UHGV virus genome: UHGV-1370141
Length of the DNA stretch: 64,000 bases
Reading direction: 5' to 3' (one strand)
Origin: a virus
Shown here: piece after piece, positions 56,602 to 64,000 of the stretch
Layout: every line of letters begins with the position of its first letter
Position numbering within the stretch: the first letter of the stretch is position 1
Made by a program: the position numbers and the translations under genes
The notes under the pieces: model-generated
What the model saw: the letters and a program-made list of their open reading frames with translations, nothing else
Databases searched by the model: none
Told to the model about the DNA's origin: nothing

Positions 56602-59600
56602 ATGCCGAGAGAAGACGCGGCGCAGTTTAACGGTACGCTAAGCACAGCAACGTACCCTAACCGATTTAATGTGGTCATTCCACCTGAAGGACCTTTTTAT
56701 CGTATCGGATTAAAACTCACAGTAGCCGACGATACCGCGCCTAACGGACGTCGTACTCTGATTGAGGGGTTGGACTACTATTTAGGCTATTACTTTAAAG
56801 AACTCGCAGAAGCTGAACAAGATCAGATTTATGGCGGGTTTATGTTGCTTACTGCAACAGAAATCGAATATGAGATTTTAGGGGTAGCACGTCAATACCG
56901 TGTGCCGCAATCTGAAATCGGGAAGTTCTTAGTTCGTACTGACCTGAAAGACCCACGTAACGTGGACTGGTCTGAACTAATGGCGTATGCGCCGGTTATT
57001 CAGCCTATCGACCCGCCTGCTAACTTAGAAGAAGCGATTCTGAGGGATGAGGTTGTTAAGGCGTTAGAAGACATTCGCAAGAAAATCATTAAGCGTTCTA
57101 CGGAATTAGATGCTGCGTTCAGTGAAGTCACTAACCTGATTTACGAGAACGGGAAAAAGGTTTTCGACGAAGAATTATACCAGCATCACCGTAACCCTAA
57201 CGCGCATCATTACACCACCGATGACATTGCCGCTCTCCCCGTATTAGGACGTGCTGTTGACGCTACAAAAGCGTTTGGGTTGACGATTGACGAGTTGGCT
57301 ACGCTGATGGGTTCAGCGGGTATTGAGCAATCGGACGTTGACCAGTTAATGGGTGAAGCCCTCGGCACCGTTTACGGTCGATGGGGCACCACGAACGGTA
57401 ATGAATTAACGTTTAAAACGTCAGGTGGCCACATCATCAGTATTCGTGGTGATAAGTGGTTAATTACCTCGCCACAACCGTTGGTGATTAAAGCAGACCA
57501 GGACAACAACGAATCGGGTTTAGCGGTTGAATTCAGTGCGGGTCTGAATACGCTTTGGGTTCACTCGGGGTCAGAACAGGATGTATTAGCGCCAGTTTAT
57601 AACTCCGTGTATCTGGTTACGCCAGAAATGGTGAACATGTACCTGACGTCAGTAACGTTGCTCGAAGCAAACGCATATTTCAAAGCGTCAGACACTGTAA
57701 AACCGCACGGTACCGCAAAACAGACTAACCCGGTTACGTTAAACGCGAATATTCCTACAGCGACCGAATCAGTTTATGGGTTGTTCTCGATTACGAATAT
57801 CTCCACGTCTGCGGCGTTAGGTACTGCTATCTCCCAGAAAGCCGTAACCGAACTAAAAGACCGTTTGGACCTGTACGTTGACGATGACTATACCGTTAAC
57901 GGTAAAGGGTTTGTTAAAACAGGTGACAATATGGTGTTAACCTTAACGAAAACCGATTTCGGTATCGATAGGATGGATAACACCACGCCAAGTGCTAAGC
58001 CGGTGACGAAAGCGTTAGCGAACGTGTTGAAAAACAAGAGTTTGAAGACGCACACCCACACTACTGCTGATTTGGATAACGTTCCAATTGGTAGTGCAAC
58101 GGTTGACGGTATCTTACAGCTGTGGGATGCGATTGACACCACTAACGATAAAGCTGTCACGTCACGTCAAGGCTGGTTGTTCGCAAAAGAGATTAAGAAA
58201 GTCTCTGATAAACTCAATACCATCTTACCGGCATGGACGGTAGGTGGTGCGAAGTTCGGTAACAAGAACTTCTTACCTATTCCAGCGTTAGGCAACTACG
58301 CAGGCTACACCAAAAACCAGTCCTACCAGAAAGGGATCGTTGGGTATCAGCAGGGTAAGGTTTATTCACTCCGTAACGGTTCTAACGGCGTTCCAGGTAC
58401 GGAAGCTATCTATTACGGCTATGCTGACATTAACACGTCAAACGCGTTTGTAAATCCGCAGCAAACCTCAGTGAAATATCACCCTGCCGGGATGAGTAAA
58501 TATCCTGGCGTGACCCTAAAAGCGATATTGATTGGTGGGCAGGAAGCGATTATTTGTCTGGGTTCTGACAATAACCGATATTTGGTGCTGTTCAATGGTT
58601 CGATGGACCACACTAAGCACACGGTGGTATGTCGTGTTACGATGCCTATGTACCGTAACGACAACCCCGGCGGTACTACGGAACAGACCTGGAATCCCCG
58701 GCCAGAAGCTGACGATGTTGTGTTAGTTGACGATCACGTTTATCTTCTCCGTTCTTCGGTAAGTAACATTGCTTATGGCGTGGCAGCATGGCGTTTACGT
58801 AAAGCCGATTTGACTACTAATACTGAGTTAGAGTTTGAACGCGTAACCCTAACCGGTGAAATGGGGCAATTCGGAGATAACCTCTGGTTACGATTTGGTC
58901 AGAAGACCGAAGAGTCGCAAACGGGTCAATTCTTTACATTTCTCACGCCGGAGGGTCGTGCTAAATGGACGATCGGACGTAGCTTTGTTCACGGTCCAGA
59001 ATGTAACCACGCCTGTGCTGTACGCGAAAGCGTGATTCGTGTGAACCATATGCCTACTGTGTGGTTTGCAGCGGCCGACGGTACGACGATTAATTTCCGT
59101 CAATGGGCAACAAGTTTTACAATCGATACGTTAACGGGAAAAGTTACGTTAGAAGGAGGCGAACGCTTCCCCATCAAGGCTGATGCTACTACACTCTCGT
59201 TCGCGGATGGTTCAACTGTAGAAACCAGTCGTAAGTGGGGTGGTGGTCTGGCAAACAACCGTTGTTTCGCGACATATGCTAAACCCAACGGTACAGGAAT
59301 GATGCTTTCCTGTTGGCAGATTAACGATGCGGACCAAATGCCTAATGTTTCTATTAAAGGAACACAAGGCAAAGAGCTTTTCGATTATCTGCGTTATGAT
59401 AACCCAAACAACACCTCGGGCGAAGGAACGTTTACCTGGGATAAAGGTCGCGGTTCTATTTATACCATCGGTCTTTCCCATCCGGTCGGCATTGGCGGTT
59501 CGAATAAGGTGTGGTTGTCTAATCCACGTAACCGTTACACCATCGAAGTAGAAGTTGATCCGAACAAACCTTACGATGTTCCAGGTTATGGCGGATACGG

Positions 59601-61785
59601 TCCGAACAACAACCGTCGTGAAGTCGATGCGACGCTTTACGAGCAGCTTAGCTGTATGGCTGCGTGCATGACTCCTGAGGAGCGTCACGGACAGTTAAAC
59701 GGTTGGTATTTGACCAAAGCAGAAACGTTCCCGTATCGCAACATCTACGGTAACTTCGCGTTGTCTTCCGAACGCTTAACGCTAGAAGAAGCCGATCGCC
59801 AGAAAATGATTCGGATGATCGTTGACGGTGCGCCATCTGGTCAAGCAAATGGTTACGCGAACGAACGTATTAGTGCTGCCCATCAAACCGGTAATGCATT
59901 GTTTGCTCTTTGGATGTTGGGTATCAACACCGTGTGCGAATTTGACTTGTTGCAAGTTTCGTGCATGAAAACCTCAAGTAACGGACGTCGAATTCTTGAC
60001 ATCTATTACTTCATGGTGAGTCCATCTAAAGAGAACGGCTACTTACGGTTCAACTCAGCCACCTTTAAGTTGGTGGACTGGTTCTTAGACCTCGATTATG
60101 GTTTAAGTTATCAGTCTCTGAGGGAAGAAGCGGGTAATAAAACGCGACGTGTAGGCCAGCCAATTTTTGCTTCTGCCGACGGTGTAAACTTCGGTCTATG
60201 GCTACCTTATACGCTGACAATACGGAATATCGGGGACCTAAATGCTTTGGGTTACGCTGCGAAGTACACCTTCGACCCTGGGTCGGGTTGGACTCGCGTT
60301 CCTGGTAAGTCACAGTTGCGTCAGATGGCCCCTGCTCATAATCCCGAATCAGGTTGCTACATGGGTGCGGGTAATTGGGACAAGATGGCGTTGATTTTCT
60401 CTAAAGCTGACCGTGTTTTCTGTTCAGGTAACGCGTATACAGCCGCAGAGTTCGTTAACGACACGACGTTCTCAACGGGAGGTCAGGCTGTTATTATTGC
60501 TGGTGTGGAAACAGCGGAAGGTTGGATTCTGTATTTGACAGAAGAAGTCAAATTAGATTTCGGTAGCAGCAGTTACACACTCCCAACGTGGTCTGTGGAT
60601 TTAAGCAGCGAGTTCCCGTCCAATCACGCTAACCAGACGTTCTACGTACACGCTGAGGTGTCGGGTTCTACCGCACAATACCGCATCGGTTTGGAGCAGT
60701 TAGCCGATACTTCAACAAGACTGTTCGTCGGGACAGTAACCACCGATTCCAGCCGTATTACTGATATCAGTATCGACAAAGTAAAACGCTTGGGTCGTGT
60801 AAAAGAGCTGGAAGACCACGCAGCAATTATCGACCAACACGATGTTGCAGCAGCGTTTGACAGAAAGACGGGTCCTCTATTAACGCTGGTTAACAAGCCC
60901 GTTAAAGCACCTACGGCGTCTGCGTCGAAAGGCGAAGGGTATGTTGACGGTCAGAAATGGGGTTCACTGTCTGGCATCACGACGCGTCCTAAGTTACCAA
61001 TTCAGGAAACGTATTCGGGTTATAAGAGTGTGGCCAGAGTAGCGTATGAGAACTGCGCCGACCAATTCTGGCAGAAAGCGGTAGCTGCTAACATTACGAC
61101 AGCCACTGCTTCTGAGAACTCGCAGGCAGCGTCTGCGAACATGAAATGGATAGGTGCGTATACGAAACCGACTACCGGAACGTATGCTTACTTAGCATTG
61201 AGTTTGCGCGTTCAAGTGCCAGGTAATCCAGGAACGGCGAATCGTGCTCTGAAGCTGAGACTTGCTGCACCAACCGGTATTGTTGAAGCTCGGTATGCAA
61301 TAAACCAGGCCGGTGGTACGATGAAAGAGCAGGACGTCACGTTAACCGCCAACCAGTACCTGGAAAAAGAGCACAGTGGGTTTAAACCTGCCGAGGAGGT
61401 TCGTGTTCATGTCACGTTCGTTATTCCGAAGAACGAATATGAAAGTTATCGTACGAAGTTTGGGGCGGTACAGTTGATTGACGTCGAGTCTGGTACTACA
61501 ATCAAACAGGCAGATATTGATACGCCGTTCTTTGTCTTTACGGACACTGAACTGTCTGCACAATCCGGTTTGGTGTATAAAGCGGTCAAGGGTCAGTTTG
61601 ACAATCTCCCGAGTGAACCTACACTCATTGTGCGAGATGGTCAGACCGGAACTAACCCACCGGTGAAATCGTCTTACGCTGACGGTACGCTAACGGTTTA
61701 CGTAGCGACCGCGTACGATGGTGTGAATCCGGCAGAAACTCGCGATATCGACAAACTCCAGTTCAATCTTATGTTTACATCTTAA
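56602..61785 (+). CDS. Tail fibre/tailspike-like receptor-binding protein 3 (1727 aa)
   Basis: AGGAG SD; N-terminal PEGPFYRIGLKL...EGLDYYLG anchor motif; very large. Confidence 0.6.
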   Translation: MPREDAAQFNGTLSTATYPNRFNVVIPPEGPFYRIGLKLTVADDTAPNGRRTLIEGLDYYLGYYFKELAEAEQDQIYGGFMLLTATEIEYEILGVARQYRVPQSEIGKFLVRTDLKDPRNVDWSELMAYAPVIQPIDPPANLEEAILRDEVVKALEDIRKKIIKRSTELDAAFSEVTNLIYENGKKVFDEELYQHHRNPNAHHYTTDDIAALPVLGRAVDATKAFGLTIDELATLMGSAGIEQSDVDQLMGEALGTVYGRWGTTNGNELTFKTSGGHIISIRGDKWLITSPQPLVIKADQDNNESGLAVEFSAGLNTLWVHSGSEQDVLAPVYNSVYLVTPEMVNMYLTSVTLLEANAYFKASDTVKPHGTAKQTNPVTLNANIPTATESVYGLFSITNISTSAALGTAISQKAVTELKDRLDLYVDDDYTVNGKGFVKTGDNMVLTLTKTDFGIDRMDNTTPSAKPVTKALANVLKNKSLKTHTHTTADLDNVPIGSATVDGILQLWDAIDTTNDKAVTSRQGWLFAKEIKKVSDKLNTILPAWTVGGAKFGNKNFLPIPALGNYAGYTKNQSYQKGIVGYQQGKVYSLRNGSNGVPGTEAIYYGYADINTSNAFVNPQQTSVKYHPAGMSKYPGVTLKAILIGGQEAIICLGSDNNRYLVLFNGSMDHTKHTVVCRVTMPMYRNDNPGGTTEQTWNPRPEADDVVLVDDHVYLLRSSVSNIAYGVAAWRLRKADLTTNTELEFERVTLTGEMGQFGDNLWLRFGQKTEESQTGQFFTFLTPEGRAKWTIGRSFVHGPECNHACAVRESVIRVNHMPTVWFAAADGTTINFRQWATSFTIDTLTGKVTLEGGERFPIKADATTLSFADGSTVETSRKWGGGLANNRCFATYAKPNGTGMMLSCWQINDADQMPNVSIKGTQGKELFDYLRYDNPNNTSGEGTFTWDKGRGSIYTIGLSHPVGIGGSNKVWLSNPRNRYTIEVEVDPNKPYDVPGYGGYGPNNNRREVDATLYEQLSCMAACMTPEERHGQLNGWYLTKAETFPYRNIYGNFALSSERLTLEEADRQKMIRMIVDGAPSGQANGYANERISAAHQTGNALFALWMLGINTVCEFDLLQVSCMKTSSNGRRILDIYYFMVSPSKENGYLRFNSATFKLVDWFLDLDYGLSYQSLREEAGNKTRRVGQPIFASADGVNFGLWLPYTLTIRNIGDLNALGYAAKYTFDPGSGWTRVPGKSQLRQMAPAHNPESGCYMGAGNWDKMALIFSKADRVFCSGNAYTAAEFVNDTTFSTGGQAVIIAGVETAEGWILYLTEEVKLDFGSSSYTLPTWSVDLSSEFPSNHANQTFYVHAEVSGSTAQYRIGLEQLADTSTRLFVGTVTTDSSRITDISIDKVKRLGRVKELEDHAAIIDQHDVAAAFDRKTGPLLTLVNKPVKAPTASASKGEGYVDGQKWGSLSGITTRPKLPIQETYSGYKSVARVAYENCADQFWQKAVAANITTATASENSQAASANMKWIGAYTKPTTGTYAYLALSLRVQVPGNPGTANRALKLRLAAPTGIVEARYAINQAGGTMKEQDVTLTANQYLEKEHSGFKPAEEVRVHVTFVIPKNEYESYRTKFGAVQLIDVESGTTIKQADIDTPFFVFTDTELSAQSGLVYKAVKGQFDNLPSEPTLIVRDGQTGTNPPVKSSYADGTLTVYVATAYDGVNPAETRDIDKLQFNLMFTS

Positions 61786-61819
61786 TGACTCGGGACAAGG
61801 ATGTCTCGAATAAAGGAGA

Positions 61820-63025
61820 GTGGCCATGGCCTCCATTGTTTATCAATATCCTTTAGATTTAACGGGCTCGCTAACGTCTAACGCTGTGGAGCGTCAGATT
61901 ACGTTAGGTACAGGTAAAGTAAACCGTGCTTTTGCTTTTCCTGACGGCCCGTTCTTTGCGGACACGTTCCGTTTACGTGTTGCTAACCGACCGGATGCAA
62001 CCTACGAACGTGGTACCGATTATGAGTTGATTTTTGCACACCCGACTTATGAAAAGCTGACTAAAAACCGCGAGATTGTTATGGCGGTGGTGGTCACTAA
62101 CACAGCGATTCCAACAGATATTACGGTATCTGCGCAGGTCGTTGGTGGACCACAGTCTGCGAACATCGTGGCTATCGAACAGGCGATTGCTGAATTAAAC
62201 CTCGATAACCGTACGGTTGCGTTTAAAGACCTGCGTAACGTACCAGATACATTCCCTTCTGCACCGACGTATAAAGACGTAGGTGACATCTACGGTTTTG
62301 AATATATCATTACCGTATTGGCGGGTATTAAAGATGCGATCAGTTCCGGTGACGCAGTACAGTTAGAGAACATTAAAGCGATTTTAGAAAGCCTGAAAAA
62401 TGACTTCTTAGACGCTTTAAATGCACACATTAACGCAACCGGTAACGTTCACCATCTTGATATTCATCAGGTTAACGGGTTAACAGAAACTGAAATCCGT
62501 GCGCTTATTCGTGACGTCCAGTCTGCCATCGACGCAACGATTACGGAAATCAATGCACTGAAGAAAGCGGACGAAGCTTTAGGTAAACGTATTGACGCTG
62601 TTGTCAACTCTCTGGAAGCGTGGAACGACCAACTTAACGTGGTTGCTCAAAACTACCAGAAAATGGCCTTAGCGTTGGCGAACCTGAACTCGTTAGTGTT
62701 ACAGCTGCAAAAGAGCATTAACGATCTGAACACGAAACTGAATCAGGTTATTCAGCGTGTTGATGCGTTAGAGCAACAGGGTCAAGAAACCGATCAGAAA
62801 ATCGATCAGCTACAACAAAACCTGGATGCGCTTAAACAGCAGGTTAACAATAACACGAACGCAATCAGTCAAGCGAACCAGAACCTACAAAACCACATTG
62901 CGGCAGATGACCCGCACACCGGTTATCTCCACAAGAGATACGGTGGTGTGGTTCAGGCCCCAGTACACGTTAACGCTAACCTGACGTCTCGTGATGACGT
63001 ACAGGCGGAAGCGGGTACGAAATAA
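61820..63025 (+). CDS. Fibrous protein 4 (401 aa) with shared N-terminal anchor and long coiled coil
   Basis: N-terminal FPDGPFFADTFRLRV...RGTDYELIF; residues about 230-350 are heptad-rich (LEAWNDQLNVVAQNYQKMALALANLNSLVLQLQKSINDLNTKLNQVIQRVDALEQQ). Confidence 0.55.
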   Translation: MAMASIVYQYPLDLTGSLTSNAVERQITLGTGKVNRAFAFPDGPFFADTFRLRVANRPDATYERGTDYELIFAHPTYEKLTKNREIVMAVVVTNTAIPTDITVSAQVVGGPQSANIVAIEQAIAELNLDNRTVAFKDLRNVPDTFPSAPTYKDVGDIYGFEYIITVLAGIKDAISSGDAVQLENIKAILESLKNDFLDALNAHINATGNVHHLDIHQVNGLTETEIRALIRDVQSAIDATITEINALKKADEALGKRIDAVVNSLEAWNDQLNVVAQNYQKMALALANLNSLVLQLQKSINDLNTKLNQVIQRVDALEQQGQETDQKIDQLQQNLDALKQQVNNNTNAISQANQNLQNHIAADDPHTGYLHKRYGGVVQAPVHVNANLTSRDDVQAEAGTK

Positions 63026-63034
63026 TTTAATTAC

Positions 63035-63078
63035 AGGAGGAACTATGCTTATGGGCGTAGTCCTCCTCTTTTTTATTT
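63035..63078 (+). terminator. Rho-independent terminator (AGGAGGA...TCCTCCT plus CTTTTTTATTTT)
   Basis: Inverted repeat plus long T-run directly after the stop at 63025. Confidence 0.55.
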
Positions 63079-63090
63079 TAAGGATACGGA

Positions 63091-63483
63091 ATGGCGATTA
63101 GTGTTAAAAACGTACGCGACCGAATCACCAACGTAGAGAATCAGATGGCGACTGGGCCACGCATAGATCCTCAGGTTGCGTCAAAGGCGCACAATGCCGC
63201 AGACTCTTTTTCAGGTTGGACGCCAGGTCGTCTAGACTGTGGCGGTAGCTGTAGCTGGACGTGCTCGAACGGCTGCACACATGGTTGTACGAGTTGTTCA
63301 GGTACGTGTACATCTGTGTGTGTAGGAAGTTGTTCGTCTGCTTGCGGTAATCAGTGTACCGGATGTTCCGCTACATGCTCTGGTGGGTGCACTGGTTGTA
63401 GCGCTACATGCAGCGGTAGATGTTCCGGGCGTTGTAGCTCGGGTTGTAGTGGCGCGTGTGCGTCTTGTTCAGGGCCGACTTAA
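63091..63483 (+). CDS. Leader plus Cys-rich repeat peptide (130 aa); candidate RiPP precursor
   Basis: AAGGA SD; first about 45 aa Cys-free, then about 25 Cys at nearly regular C-x2-3-C spacing separated by S/G/T (CGGSCSWTCSNGCTHGCTSCSGTCTSVC...). Immediately upstream of a radical-SAM ORF. Confidence 0.55.
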   Translation: MAISVKNVRDRITNVENQMATGPRIDPQVASKAHNAADSFSGWTPGRLDCGGSCSWTCSNGCTHGCTSCSGTCTSVCVGSCSSACGNQCTGCSATCSGGCTGCSATCSGRCSGRCSSGCSGACASCSGPT

Positions 63484-63507
63484 TTTAACAGATAGGTATT
63501 ATCTCTG

Positions 63508-64000
63508 ATGATAGAATTAACCACACCGACAGTATCCGATCAATTGTATTCTGAAGCAAGAACGTTAAATGTTATTACTACATCCAAATGTAATCTGGAC
63601 TGTAGTTTCTGCGGCGGAGCCTATTACATGCATAGAGAGGATACAACCGCAGAAGTACAAAAGAAAAGTATTATCGAGGCGCTGGAAAATAACCCAACCA
63701 TTACAAACATTCAATGGTCAGGGGGTGAACCATTACTCGCTTCGCGTAAAATTGATACCCTTATAGAAGAGATAAGGGAGAAGTATCCTCGTTGCGATCA
63801 TTACCTCTATACCAACGGTTTAAAGATGCGTAAAACGCATCTCCCGTTGTTAAAGGGTTTCGATAGTATCTTTTTTAGCATGGACGGATTCAAAGAATCA
63901 GAGCGCCCATTCATGCGGATTATCGAAGAAAAACAATACGAGGTTTTGGAGACAATTTACGAGTTGAAAAATATTCGTACTTGGGCAGTCTTGACGCGAG
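63508..64000 (+). CDS. Radical SAM enzyme (N-terminal about 164 aa; 3' end beyond window)
   Basis: Manual translation from ATG near 63508: MIELTTPTVSDQLYSEARTLNVITTSKCNLDCSFCGG (CxxxCxxC cluster) ... NIQWSGGEPLL (SAM glycine-rich motif) ... YTNG ... FFSMDG. No stop before 64000. Not in the ORF track because it is open-ended. Confidence 0.7.
   Translation, partial: MIELTTPTVSDQLYSEARTLNVITTSKCNLDCSFCGGAYYMHREDTTAEVQKKSIIEALENNPTITNIQWSGGEPLLASRKIDTLIEEIREKYPRCDHYLYTNGLKMRKTHLPLLKGFDSIFFSMDGFKESERPFMRIIEEKQYEVLETIYELKNIRTWAVLTR

Noticed and set aside
48145-61666. Short antisense or out-of-frame ORFs within the three giant fibre genes (e.g. 48145..48354, 50325..50672, 52909..53256, 59212..59688)
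   Set aside because: Embedded in long continuous ORFs with clear SD-preceded starts; no independent start or terminator signals.
1-64000. CRISPR array or other spacer-containing repeat
   Set aside because: The only recurring short sequences are inverted-repeat stems at gene ends (terminators); there are no direct repeats with regular unique spacers.
1-64000. Integrase, transposase or IS element, i.e. an integrated prophage or island boundary
   Set aside because: No tyrosine or serine recombinase or transposase motifs recognised and no direct-repeat att-like junctions noticed; gene content is uniformly phage-like across the window.

Overview
This window reads as a contiguous segment of a large virulent tailed-phage (Caudoviricetes) genome, not a bacterial chromosome: genes are densely packed in strand blocks separated by hairpin/T-tract terminators, and I saw no integrase, transposase, rRNA or CRISPR array. 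Layout: (1) 1-5.5 kb, + strand: end of a virion module with a large protein carrying a lytic-transglycosylase (SLT) motif. (2) 5.5-44.9 kb, mostly - strand: nucleotide-metabolism and DNA-transaction genes (ThyA-type thymidylate synthase with insertions, MazG-like and CYTH-like candidates, UvsX-like recombinase candidate, RNase HI-domain fusion, DexA-like DEDDh exonuclease, zinc-hook SbcC/Rad50-like ATPase), a secreted SLT lysin candidate, a macro-domain/GNAT pair, several paralogue families and a run of five signal-peptide proteins. (3) 45-63 kb, + strand: four tail-fibre/tailspike-like proteins (1441, 1394, 1727, 401 aa) sharing an N-terminal anchor motif. (4) 63.1-64.0 kb: a leader plus extremely Cys-rich repeat peptide immediately followed by a radical-SAM enzyme (cut by the window end); this RiPP-like precursor/maturase pair is my best candidate for a novel system. 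All functional calls are motif recognition by eye; no database search was run. CDS coordinates follow the supplied ORF track (some starts refined to internal codons, as stated); my character-level reading of the raw sequence was not always frame-consistent with the ORF track, so terminator and small-ORF coordinates are approximate (a few nt).
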